Below, one piece after another: positions 33,522 to 45,144 of a DNA stretch of 64,000 bases; the stretch's first letter is position 1, and every line of letters starts with the position of its first letter. The DNA is from Hemiscyllium ocellatum (Eukaryota), in the NCBI RefSeq assembly GCF_020745735.1, contig NW_026867492.1:124001-188000 (forward strand), in the 5' to 3' direction. Made by a program: the position numbers and the translations under genes. Below the pieces are notes generated by a model, which was given only the letters and a program-made list of their open reading frames with translations, was not told where the DNA came from and ran no database searches.

Positions 33522-34150
33522 TGTAACGAAAACTTGTCCTTCAGAATTTAGACTAAAATGTAATGTTGAATTATAGAACACATTTGCTCCACACTAGACA
33601 ATAGACAGGCAGGGAGGGTAAGACAATTAAGAACGTTTGACATCAGTGAATTTGTATAAACAGGATATTGAGTGATCACATTCATGGCTGTTCCTTTGTG
33701 AAATGAATAAGTGTTTGATTCTGACCTCAAAACGAAACTTGGTATCAATTACTTCTCTCCCAAATTATTGCCCTTCACTGTTATCTGTGTTGTTCAGAAC
33801 ATGCAGTGCTTTTGTAAAATAAAATTCATATAAAGAAAGCTTGTTTGCGACAGCACCATCTTTGTAAAAAACTTGTATATAAAGATAGTACACAGAGTAG
33901 CCCGCCAGGGCTCTTGGAAGAAGAGTGATTGCTACTCTCCTGGGTTAATAGAATCCAGTTAGCTTGTCTTATAAGTATCGGTGTTATGTTGTAACGGTGA
34001 TGGTATTAATGAAGGGGATAATTTAAAATTAAACTAAACTGTCTGTAAGAGTTTTATTTTTATTCCAGACTTCTAAAGAGTACGATCTCCAGGATGAACC
34101 AAGATAGGCTGACAGGTCTGAGTCCACAAGGGACTCCTTGGGCTGTCTCA
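33522..34150 (+). repeat. ERV 5' LTR (about 630 bp)
   Basis: TGTAAC...GCTGTCTCA. The first about 220 bp align to 39597-39875 and the rest to about 40655-40955. Contains TATAAA and ATTAAA. Confidence 0.8.
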
Positions 34151-34153
34151 ATT

Positions 34154-34171
34154 TGGCGCTGCAAGCAGGTT
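34154..34171 (+). promoter_or_regulatory. Primer-binding site, tRNA-Ser-like
   Basis: TGGCGCTGCAAGCAGGTT lies 3 nt after the LTR. It matches about 15/18 to the complement of the vertebrate tRNA-Ser(CGA) 3' end as recalled (TGGCGCTGTGAGCAGGAT). Confidence 0.75.
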
Positions 34172-34899
34172 TCCAACAAGAGCTACATTTGAGTGAAACT
34201 GGAAAAGAGGAGTTCCATCTAAGGGTTGGACTCGCGACCAATGGACCCACAAGGTAAAATTGTACCTTGATTACTCTGTCTACATCTGTGTTGTGTTTCC
34301 CCCATTTCACTCTCGATACCCTGACGGAGCCCTAAATGAGATCATTTAAATAGGACTAAAAATAGAAATTGTCAGGATTTTACAATGTTGAGAATGTTTT
34401 GCAGAAATCATTAGTCTTGTTGTTCATTGTCGGGTTGTTGATTAGTGAAAGTTTTAAGTTGAGATTATCTTCTCTGTTGTATCTGTTCAGCTTGGCTTGT
34501 CTTGCTTTGCTGTTTTGTCTTGTTTGTTAGTCATGATTTTGTTCTGTTTGGGTGTTCTTCGTTTATGAAATATAGAGGGTGGCTGCTGCTTTTGTCATGT
34601 ATAAAATAAAAAGCTGGCCAGTGATACAATTCTTGTATGCTTGGTTAAGCAACTATGTGCCACATCCAGGATTTATGAGACACCTGGAATGTGAGTGCCT
34701 AATTCCTCTTAAAATGTTCATGTGTATGTATGAGTGAGCACGCGAGTGAGACAGACAGAGTCAGCACTGATTCCCTGCAGCTTGCAGAAAGTTTAATCCT
34801 TTGAGATTTGGTTTGGATGCACATTTGCTTGTTGACAAATGAATGTTTGTGTTTTGTGGGATTGGAGCCCCTGTAGATCAGTAGTTTTGTGAAGATTTA

Positions 34900-37039
34900 A
34901 AGGATGAGCGTGCCCCTAAATAAGACGTAGATGACATTTGTCTTAACAGAAATAACAAGTCTGTATCCTTAATTATGAGAAACAATTGAGAATATCAGCT
35001 GCAGCTGCTCAACAGAATAAGGATTGGTCTCTAGGAGGCACACATGATTTAACTGTATTCACTAAAATTGAACAAGGGGTTTGGAAAAAAAAGGGAAGTA
35101 AGCAGAAAGAAGTCTTTACCAGAATGGAAAAGGGTAGCTTGGGAGAAAAATGGGAAAAATCCATGCAACCATCATGGAGACAAACTGTATTAAAAGGGGA
35201 GTTACTTCATTAACTGAGGAAGGATCTGAACTAAATTGGACAGAACTAAAACATAAATGTGAAGCACATGATTTAGAAGCAGAATTGGAATAGGCAAGGG
35301 AGAAAATTTTTTTTCAAAAAAAGCAAAGATTCAGAATCTACGTTGAAACGTCAAGGGCACCAATTAAAAAGGAAACTGGTGAATAAACAACAGACTGCAA
35401 TTGCAGCTGCGCAGGACGAAGCTGACAAGGCCTGTTCTTTATACCCCAACCTCCCCTCTTCCAGAGGCCCATTACTGAAGAATCCTGATCCATTTGTGGA
35501 TGGTGGATGGGATACTGACTCGAAGGAGGAAATATTTTATGCCCCTCATCCTGTCAGCTGACAACCTCCGGTTCCCTGCCTGAACTCTCCGCCCTTACTC
35601 TGATGACGAATGTGCCAAGGCTCATGACCTTCCCCCCAGCTGTTCTGCTGAATAAAAATTCAGCTTACCACAAACCTGGTGCCTACTGTACTAGGAGTCA
35701 ATTAAAATTAAAACCTGGAGGAAACATTGAAGAGACTGCTTTTGATTTCCACTGCCCCTAAACTAAATTTGCAATCAAAGTCTCAGGACCTTAATATTGG
35801 TCCTTGCACTCACCCTGATGTGGGAGGGCAAAAAAGAAATTTCCTGAATAGAAGAGGTTCCTGACCCACAGGCTCTGAATCTAGGACAAGCCCAATTTAT
35901 GGATCTTTATCAACCATGGAAACCTCATGACTCCCAAGCATTATCAAGCAATATTGTGGGCGGCACGGTGGCACAGTGGTTAGCACTGCTGCCTCACAGC
36001 GCCTGTAGACCTGGGTTCAATTCCCGACTCAGGCGACTGACTGTGTGGAGTTTGCACGTTCTCCCCGTGTCTGCGTGGGTTTCCTCCGGGTGCTCCGGTT
36101 TCCTCCCACAGTCCAAAGATGTGCGGGTCAGGTGAATTGGCCAAGCTAAAATTGCCCGTAGTGTTAGGTAAGGGGTAAATGTAGGGGTATGGGTGGGTTG
36201 CGCTTCGGCGGGTCGGTGTGGACTTGTTGGGCCGAAGGGCCTGTTTCCACACTGTAAGTCTAATCTAATCTAAGGCTGCAGATTATGGAAAGAATCCTAA
36301 GGGATCTGTTAATTACATTAATAGGACTAAGACCATTCATAATGCTGCCTTCCAAGGCCTAATTCACCTCAATGCAGCCTTTCGCTGCGAGTTCGGAGAA
36401 ATTTTACATGGTAATAATCATACCCAGCTTGTAGTCCGGCGTCCGGCCAAAACTATCATTGGATTATCCTGTCTCCACCAAGCAGTGTGTCGTGCAGTTG
36501 ATGTGGGTAAAGTCTTATCATGTAAACCCAGCTCGGGCGAAGAGGCTGAGGAGTTCCTTACCCGTTTTAAGGAATAATATGGCGCTTCCTCTGGTGACGC
36601 TAACTACCTACAAGGGTGATCATCCCAATTTAATGCCATATGTCTGACTGTCTTACCTGATCAGGTACAGAAAGCTATTAAAACCCACAACATCCACGAG
36701 CAAGATGCTGAGGTTGCACAGGACAGTAGAAATGGTACTGTGTATTCACAACATCCCAATGGACTATGCGGTGGTCCTATTGTCCTTCCCCAACAGTCCA
36801 TGATGCCCCTATACACCCCCTCATTACTCTTCACTGCCTCCCCCACCCCCTAGGGTCCCCCAACAACTACACCTTTGTTTCAATTGCAATCAACCAGGAC
36901 ATTGGTCCAAGAACTGCTCTTTCCATAGCAATCCCTGGTTCATCACCGGAGTAAAAACAACAGACAATCTCCTGGTCTCCCTCCCCAATGACCTCAGCAG
37001 GTGGCCCCTTTTACTGCACAAAACCCTTTTCAAAACTGA
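34900..37039 (+). pseudogene. ERV gag remnant
   Basis: LYPNLP motif (about 35440), YQPWK capsid-start-like motif, zinc knuckle CFNCNQPGHWSKNC (36876-36917), ending NPFQN-TGA (37037-37039). Many stops and frameshifts. Confidence 0.75.
35958..36273 (+). mobile_element. Full-length, young HE1-like V-SINE inserted in gag
   Basis: A box TGGCACAGTGG, B box GGTTCAATTCC, V-domain CTGTGTGGAGTTTGCACGTTCTCCCCGTGTCTGCGTGGGTTTCCTCCGGG, CR1-like 3' end and (TCTAA)3 tail. Confidence 0.92.
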
Positions 37040-39157
37040 CTCCCGGATATAGAGCAACTTCCCGCTTTGAATTTTCCCATACTTACCGCTAGCCCAGAGG
37101 ACGGACCTATGCTAATTCTCAACCGTAATGGCCACGATATTGAATTCATGTTTGACACAGGAGCCACTGTTTCATCACTTCCCATCCATCTTGCTAATGC
37201 TTTTGATTTTCAAATCTCGATGATGAAATCCTGCAATGTTTTGATGGTTCCTCTAATAAACATGCATACGCTGTCCCTCTGACAGTGGTGTGGAAAAATT
37301 GTGTCATGCTCCCTTTTTGCTTTGTTGTTACTAATGGATTACGTATCCCTCTACTTGCTAGAGATCTCGTCTGTACTCTAAATATTACTATTGAATGTCA
37401 TGATGGTATCCTGATTCAGGATCCACCTCATTTTGTTCAATGCATCAATACCAAACCAAAGCCTCCTCAATAGTGGTCATTTGATTTGGATCCTTACGCT
37501 TTTGATCCTATTTTATATAACGTCCCTCGCCCCCACATTACTTTAGCTTATGACTCATCTGGGAATGATCTCAGGCTTGAACACATGTTATAATCCCTTA
37601 CTGGGCACTACTCAGCATGCTTGGGTGATTGGTGATATCAGGTCACCAGCTGGTGGTGTTTTTTTCGTGTCAGTTTCTCCTCATAGCGGGAAAACTGGCC
37701 CTCTCATTTTCCCCCGTGTCACCACTCATTTGAACCCAGAACACAAAGCCCAAGATGTAGGTTTTGACGCTAAGACTCTTTTTGACCATGCTGATCAAAC
37801 TTGCCATGAAATTCAGCTGCTCACTCAAGGATCAATCCGATTTTATGTACAGCCTCAGTCGATCCATGGCAGCCTTCATCATCATCATGCCTACCCTCGC
37901 CCGCAGGACGCAGTATATCCTGGAGTGTGGGTGGACTCCAAAACACAAGTGGGCCTTGCTAAGGTCCCAACCATCATTGTTCTGGCCAAAGCTAATTCTG
38001 TCCTCCTGTCTATATCTCAATACCCCCTGAAACCAGAAGGTGAAGCTGGCATTCAACCTGTCATTGATTCATTTCTACAGCAAGGCCTTCTAGTCCCATG
38101 CCATTCTTCTGTCCATACACCTATCTTTCCAATCCCGAAACCAGGATGTCATGAATGTCGTTCATGACCTTCGTGAAGTAAATAAAATCATTGAGGCTCA
38201 CTATCCTCCAGTTGCCAATCCTGCTACTGTCCTCAGCCAAGTTCCAGTTGATACCAAGATCTTCACTGTCATTGACCTCCAGCATGCATTCTTTTGTCTT
38301 CCTTTGCATCCAAATAACCCAATACATTTTTGCTTCCTTTTAACGGCCACCAATATACGTGGACTTGCCTACCTCAAGGGTTTATTCACTCGCCCACACT
38401 CTTTTCAGAGACTCTTCATGCCCAGTTTGAATTTCCTGGAGACGCTACCCTAGTTCAATACATCGATGATCTTCTCGCTAGCCCTGACAAAGTGTCCAAT
38501 CACATTGACTCCACTACCTTTCTCAACCATCCACATCAATGTGGCTATATTGTACTCCCCAGCAAAGTTAAGACTAATCAGAAAGAAGTTAAGTTCTTAA
38601 TGAGCCTTAACTGTATGAACTCACCCCAAAACAACTACAAGTCTTACAGAGCTTAAAACTACCATCTCTTCAGCACCACACTGGGCCGACATTTGTATGA
38701 CTGCCACTTTCATCTTTATGTTGCCATCCTTAATACCTGTGCTACAGCTGTTCTCACCCAGCAACATGGCTCCCCTTGGCACCCTAATGCCTGTTATTCC
38801 ACTAAGCTTGACCCTGTTGCTCAAGGTATGCCTTCCTGCACCCAGATTCTCTCTGCCATCCATACTCTAGTAGTGGCTGCCTCTAATATAACTTTACGTC
38901 AAAATGTAGAAGTCTGTACCTCGCATTCTGCAGTATCCTCGCTGATTTCTAAACATACTCAGCACTCCGCTATGGTTCGTATCAGTCGCTATGAGATCTC
39001 ATTACTTCGGAATCCATTTCTCTCCTTTAAATACTGCTCTAACATTAACCCCTCGACATGCCTGCAGGAAGAACTGCTTGAACTGCCTGATCCTCCCCAT
39101 GATTGTGTTCTCATACATGAACTTGTTACTAAACCATGTTCTGATCTTACGGACGAT
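37040..39157 (+). pseudogene. ERV pro-pol remnant (protease, 2H-phosphoesterase-like insert, RT, connection domain); RNase H and integrase missing
   Basis: EFMFDTGATVS, PLLARDL, PHITLAY, QYPLKPE, TPIFPIPKPG, LPQGFIHSP, QYIDDLL (YIDD 38459-38470), AVLTQQHG, YSTKLDPVAQGMPSC, HDC...PCSDLTD. Confidence 0.88.
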
Positions 39158-39520
39158 ACAGATGTGATCAACAAAACAGGTCAAGATGCAGGGAAGATAC
39201 CTGCCCAACTGTCGTCTGATTCATGTGGATGGAAGTTTACTTGCTGACTATGATCGCTGTGTGGATGGATCGTGTGGGATTGACTGATAATCCTTGATCT
39301 CATCCTAGGAATATACACTGTCGTCCGCTTATGCGTGAGATGGACTGTGCATTGTTTTTCACCGAAGCCAAAGAGGAATCTGGTTAATTGACCCTTGTCT
39401 ACCCCTCTAACTCCGTGCCCGCACTTCCAGCTGAAATCCTGTATCTTTCAGACTCTGCTCGTCTGGACGATGACCTGGCAGAGGAGGCACTTGACTTATT
39501 TGAAAATACAAATTGACTGG
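39158..39520 (+). pseudogene. Probable env TM C-terminal remnant
   Basis: Trp-rich stretch followed by hydrophobic LIILDLILGIYTVVRLCV, located just before the PPT AAAAGGAGGGAA (39566-39577). Confidence 0.45.
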
Positions 39521-39577
39521 ATGGACTAATTATAGTTATAAGCCAAGTAGTTGTCATGAAATAACAAAAGGAGGGAA

Positions 39578-40955
39578 TAAAAAAGTCTATAGCCATAAAA
39601 CTTGACTTTAAACATTTAAACTAAAATGTAATGTTGAATTATAGAGCACATTTGCTGCACACTATAAAATAGACAGACAGGGAGGCTTGGTAAAAGGGGA
39701 GAACTCAAGGTATGCAGAAGATAACCAAGTGATAACAGAATACCCTAAGACAATTAAGAACATTTGCCTTAACAGTGAATCTGTGTAAATAGGACACAGA
39801 GTGATAACATTCAGGCTGTTCCCTTGTGAAATTAATGACAGTGTTTGATTCTGACCCCGAAACAAAACTCGGTACTATCAAAGGCCTTGTAATTGACAGT
39901 CAGGAACTGTTAATTATAATGGATTCTTATTATCCTTTGCAAGCTAGGCAAACAGAGGGAAAACACCTTTACTGTTACAACTCCCTGACTTGAGAGTTCA
40001 AAAGGACAAGAGAGAGAGAAACCATTATAGCACTGGGGCTCCTGAAGCCATTAAAACATTACCTCTTCGTGCTTACCTGCTTTGGATTGAACGTAATTGC
40101 ATTTTTGAGACTTTATGATGGTATTGAGTAGCCATTGCCGGTTATTAAATATGAACTCTGTAAAAGGTAACATTGATGAAGCTTTAACTTACTTGCTGTT
40201 CTGGTAGACCACTCTACAGACCTTTCAGACTGCCCCACTGTCAATTCCAACTAATCAGATCTTATGTCTTATTTGAATCACAACCCTGAAAAGAAAGCAT
40301 GTTTAATTCAAACAGTAATGAATCAGTTTAAATGCAACCTTTTGGTAACATCTCAGCCTCAGGTACAGTATGATTCTGGCGCAATGTGTCAGCAAGCCAT
40401 TTTATGGTCAAAAGTTTGCCCTCCTGCTAAGAAGCCATTTTGGAAACAGTTGTATCTGACATGTGACCTGTGCAAGGTTCGGAACTCTCCAATTAGCTCA
40501 GATTGGTACCTCTTCATGATAGGAGTTTATCTCGCTAGCAGGCACCTAACTTGGCTGGGTATGTTTTTCCCACCTGATGAATGGCTTAGGGCCTGTGGGA
40601 GTGATTAGTCAAGCGTACAGAGACCTGTCAATTGACTTTTCTTCCTTACGTATTAAGAACATGCAATGTTTTTGTAAATCTTTGTGTAAAGGAAACCACT
40701 TTGTATCAGTACATCAGAGTAGCCTGCCAGGGTACTTGAAGAGTTGGTCCCCTACTCTCCTAGGTTACTATAGCCTAGCTAGTTTAGCTTATCGGTATCA
40801 GTGGAGCTGTTGGTAAGTAAAGGGGATAACTAAAATTAAACTAAACAGTCTGTAAGAGGTTTTTTTTATTCCAGACTCTCAAAGAGTACAATCTCCAGGA
40901 CGAATCGTGAGAGGTTACAGGTCTGACTCCACAAGGGATTCCCTGGGCTGTCTCA
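39578..40955 (+). repeat. ERV 3' LTR (about 1.38 kb)
   Basis: Follows the PPT. Both ends are homologous to the 5' LTR, and it ends CCACAAGGGATTCCCTGGGCTGTCTCA. Confidence 0.75.
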
Positions 40956-40969
40956 AATCCCTACTTTAA

Positions 40970-41845
40970 CACTCCAACTCATCCATGTTGACCAGTTAGC
41001 CTCAACAGTATAGTCCCATTTGCTAGTAGTTGGCCCATATCCCTCAACTCTTCCATCCAGATTCCATTCAAATGTTGTAATTTTACCAGCCTCCACGACT
41101 TCTTCAAGCAGCTAATTCCATACCCGCACCACCCTTTGCGTTAAAAAGTTGTCGCTTAAGTCCCTTTTATTTCTTTCCCCTCTCACCCTAAATGTATGCC
41201 ATCTAGTTCTAGACTCCCCCCAACTCAGGGAAAATACCATGTCTCTTTATCCTATCAATCCCTCTCATGATTTTATAAGGTCACCTCTCAGCCTCCGACC
41301 CTCCAGGGAAAACAGGACCAACCTATTCAGCTTCTCCCGATAGCTCAAATCCTCCAACCCTGGCAAAGTCCTTCTAAATCTTTTCTGAACCCTTTCAAGT
41401 TTCACAACAAACTTCTGACAGGAAGGAGATCAGAACTGCACACAATACTCCAAAAGTGGTCTAACCAATGCCCTGTACAGCTGCAACATCACCTCACAAC
41501 TTCGATACTTGATACTCTGATCAATAAAGGAAAGCATTCCAAATGTTGCCTTCGCTATCCTATCTACCTGTGACTACTTTCAAGGAGCTATGAACCTGCA
41601 CTCCAGATCTCTTTGTTCAGCAACACTATCTTGGATCTTACCATTAAGTGTATAAGTCCTCCTCTGATATGCTTTTCCAAAATGCAGTGCCTAAATTAAA
41701 CTCCATCTGCCACTTCTCAGCCCATTGGCCCATCTGATTAAGGTCCTGTTGTCCTCTGAGCTAAGCATCTTCGCTGTCCACTACACCTTTAATTGTGGTG
41801 TCATCTGCAAAATTAGTAACTATACCTCGTATAGTGACATCCACA
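40970..41845 (-). mobile_element. CR1 ORF2 3' part, degraded
   Basis: Paralogous to the adjacent 41853-42780 element along its length. Confidence 0.85.
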
Positions 41846-43586
41846 GCATTTGGAGTCATAGAGATGCACAGCATGGAAACAGACCCTTCAGTCTAACCCG
41901 TCCATACCAACCTGATATCCCAACCCAATCTAGAGCCACCTGCCAGCACCCTCCAAATCCTTCCTATTCATATACCCATCTAAATGCCTCCTAAATGTTG
42001 CAATTGTACTAGCCTTCACCACTTCCTCTGGCAGTTCATTCAATAAACGTACCATCCTCTGCGTGAAAACGTTGTCCTGTAGGTCTCTTTTATATTTTTC
42101 CCCTCTCACCCTAAACCTATGCCCTCTCGTTCTGGATTCCCCAACTCCTGGGAAAAGACTTTGTCTATTTATCCTATTCATGCCCCTCATAATTTTGTAA
42201 ACCTCTGTAAGGTCACCCCTCAGCTTCCGACGCTCCAGGGAAAACAGCCCCAGCCTGTTCAGCCTCTCCCTGTAGCTCAGATCCTCCAACCCTGGCATCA
42301 TCCTTGTAAATCTTTTCTGAACCCGTTCAAGTTTCACAACATCTTTCCGATAGGAAGGAGACCAGAATTGCATGCAGTATTCCAACAGTGGCCTAACCAG
42401 TGTCCTGTACAGTTGCAACATGACCTTCCAACTCCTGTACTCAATACTCTGACCAATAAAAGAAAGCATACCAAATGCCTTCTTCACTATCCTCTCTACC
42501 TGTGACTCCATTTTCAAGGAGCTATGAACCTGCACTCCAAGGTCTCTTTTTTCAGCAACACTCCCTAGGACCTTACCATGAAGTATATAAGTCCTGCTAA
42601 GATTTGCTTTCCCAAAATGCAGCACCTCGCATTTATCTGAATTAAACTCCATCTGCCACTTCTCAGCCCATTGGCCCATCTGGTCCAGATCCTGTTGTAA
42701 TCAGAGGTAACCCTCTTCGGTGTCCAGTACACCTCCAATTTTGGTGTCATCTGCAAACTTACTAACTGTACCTCTTATGCTTGAATCCAAATCATTTATG
42801 TATTTGACAAAAAGTAGAGGACCCAGCACTGATCCTTGTGGCACTCCACTGGTCACAGACCTCCAGTCTGAAAAACAACCCTTCACCACCACCTTCTACC
42901 TTTGAGCCAGTTCTGTATTCAAATGGCTAGTTCTCCCTGTGTTCCATGAGATCTAAGCTTGCTAATCAGTCTCCCATGGGAACCTTGTCGAACACCTTAC
43001 AGAAGTCCATATAGATCAGATCTTCTGCTCTGCCCTCATCAATCATCTTTGTTACTACTTCAAAAAAAACTCAATCAAGTTTGTGAGACATGATTTCCCA
43101 CGCACAAAGCCATGTTGACTATCCCGAATCAGTCCTTGCTTTCCAAATACATGCACATCCTGTCGCTCAGGATTCCCTCCAACAACTTACCCACCACCGA
43201 GGACAGGCTCACTGGTCTATAGTTCCCTGGCTTGTCTTTACCGCCCTTCTTAAACAGTGGCACCACGTTTCTCAACCTCCAGTCTTCCGGCAAATGATGA
43301 TACAAATATCTCAGCAAGAGGCCCAGCAATCACTTCTCTAGCTTCCCACAGAATTCTCGGGTACACCTGATCAGGTCTTGGGGATTTATCCACTTTTAAA
43401 CATTTCAAGACATCCAGCACTTCCCCCTCCGTAATCTGTACATTTTGCAAGATGTCACCATCTATTTCCCTACAGTCTATATCTTCCATATCCTTTCCAC
43501 AGTAAATGCTGATGCAAAATATTCATTTAGTATCTCCCCACTTTCTATGGCTCCATACAAAGGCCGCCTTGCTGATCTTTGAGGGG

Positions 43587-43770
43587 AAAGTGAGGACTGC
43601 AGATGCTGGAGATCAGAGCTGAAAAATGTGTTGCTGGAAAAGCGCAGCAGGTCAGGCAGCATCCAAGGAGCAGGAGAATCGATTTTTTGGGCATAAGCCC
43701 GATTCCTGAAGAAGGGCTTATGCCCGAAACGTCGAATTTCCTGCTCCTTGGATGCTGCCTGACCTGCTGT
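43587..43770. mobile_element. Fold-back Penelope-derived insertion with 11-bp TSD inside the CR1
   Basis: TCTTTGAGGGG flanks it at 43576-43586 and 43771-43781. The arms (about 43646-43700 and 43714-43769) are inverted copies. Confidence 0.88.
43701..43738 (+). ncRNA. Minimal type-I hammerhead ribozyme motif (Penelope-associated)
   Basis: GAUUC-CUGAAGA-A-GGGC(UUAU)GCCC-GAAA-C-GUC-GAAUU. Complete catalytic core, 4-bp stem II, 5-bp stem I, and palindromic ACGU in place of stem III. Confidence 0.72.
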
Positions 43771-44067
43771 TCTTTGAGGGGCCCGATTCTCGCCCTAGTT
43801 ACCCTTTTGTCCTTAACATATTTGTAAAAACCCTTTGGATTCTCCTTAATTCTATTTGCCAACGCTGTTTCATGTCCCCTTTTTGCCCTCCTGCTTTCCC
43901 TCTTAAGTATACTCCTACTTTCTTTGTACTCTTCTAACGATTCACTCAATCTATCCTGTCTATACCTGACATATGCTTCCTTCTTTTTCTGAACCAGACC
44001 CTCTATTTCTTTACTCATCCAGCATTTCCTATATCTACCAGCCTTCCCTTTCACCCTGACAGGAATA

Positions 44068-44650
44068 TTTATATAAATGATGAAGAGTAGTGGACCCAGC
44101 ACCCATCCTTGTGGTATACTGCTGGTCACAGGCCTCCAGTCTGAAAAGCAACTCTCCACCACCACTCTCTGTCTTCCTATCTGTGAGCTGGTACTGTATC
44201 CAAATGGCTAGTTCTCCCTGTATTCCACGATATCTAACCTTGTGAACGTGTCTCCCTTGGGGAATCTTGTCAAACACCTTACTAAAGTCTATGTAGTACC
44301 CTGGCACGTAGGCCATCAAGCCCAGGGGACTTGTCTGCCCTCAATCCTAATAGTTTGCTGTGTACCTTTTCCCTCTCAATGTTATTGTTTAAGTTCTATC
44401 CTTTCTATCAGCTGACTTGCCCGTTCCAATAGGAATGGTACTATTGTCCTCCAGCTTGAAAACTGAGGAAAAGGATTGACTTAGCATCTCTGCCATTTCA
44501 GTGTTCCTCCTATTAACTCATCGGTTTCATCTTCCAAGGGGCTTGAGTAACTCTGTTCCCTTCAGCATGCCAACAGAAGCTTTTGCTATTCTTTTTGATA
44601 TTTTGCGCTAGGTTTCTTTCGTAATTTACTTTTCATTTTTTTAGTATCCC
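44068..44650 (-). mobile_element. Additional CR1 ORF2 fragments
   Basis: YIDFSKVFDKIP..., SDWRPVTSSIPQGWVLGPLLFIIYIN, and an older fragment beyond 44300. Confidence 0.7.
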
Positions 44651-44774
44651 TTCGTTTATGTTTGCAAGTTTTCCAATGTTTCATCTTTCGAGGTCTGGAA
44701 TAACATTTCGGAAAAGACTGAATTTTTTTTAAAAAACTACGTTCAAAATTAAAGAAAAACCCACCTTTCAGGTG

Positions 44775-45142
44775 GCTGGCGAGGGGAGCAGGGAACACAT
44801 TTGCCCCGCCCCCATTGCCTCCGATTGGTTGGATGCTACGTCGAACCGCGCCCACGACACGCGGGGTGACGTCAGGATCTGGTCATCCAGCCCCGTGAGT
44901 TGGCGCATGTGCAGTGTAGGTCATGTAGTGGGACAAAGACAGTGTTACTGAGTGTGGGAGAGGAATGGCGCCGGCGGCTGAAGGAACAAGAACAGAAACC
45001 GCTGGAAAAGCTGAGCAGCCCTGGCTGCATGTGTCAAGAGACTCCGAGGAAACGTTACGTGTCCAGTGATTCTCTTTCAGAACAGAAACAGGTTTCGGAG
45101 AGGTCGCCAGGCCTGAGCGCCCGGGGAGAGGGGACAGTGAGT
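44775..45142 (+). promoter_or_regulatory. CpG promoter and probable first exon (candidate upstream promoter for ZNF-A copy 2)
   Basis: GC box GCCCCGCCCC, ATTGG, full CRE TGACGTCA (44867-44874), NRF1-like GCGCATGTGC, YY1-like AATGGCGCC, and donor GTGAGT at 45137. Confidence 0.6.
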
Positions 45143-45144
45143 AC

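Larger units (their letters stand above)
33522..40955 (+). mobile_element. Defective class-I (gamma/epsilon-like) endogenous retrovirus: LTR-PBS-gag-pro-(2H)-RT-[deletion]-env tail-PPT-LTR
   Basis: Two homologous LTRs ending GGGCTGTCTCA, PBS, CCHC knuckle, DTGA protease, QYPL/DLREVN/IDLQHAFF/LPQGF/YIDD RT motifs, connection domain, PPT. Confidence 0.9.
41853..44067 (-). mobile_element. CR1 LINE ORF2 (RT through 3' end), relatively young
   Basis: ORFs 43129-43329 (NVVPLFKKG..YRPVSLSS), 42701-42892 (SGVPQGSVLGPLLF..KFADDTK) and 41930-42679 (249-aa intact C-terminus). Confidence 0.93.

Noticed and set aside
43545-44165. 206-aa ORF suggesting a novel fusion protein
   Set aside because: It is a chance read-through across two CR1 fragments and the fold-back insertion.
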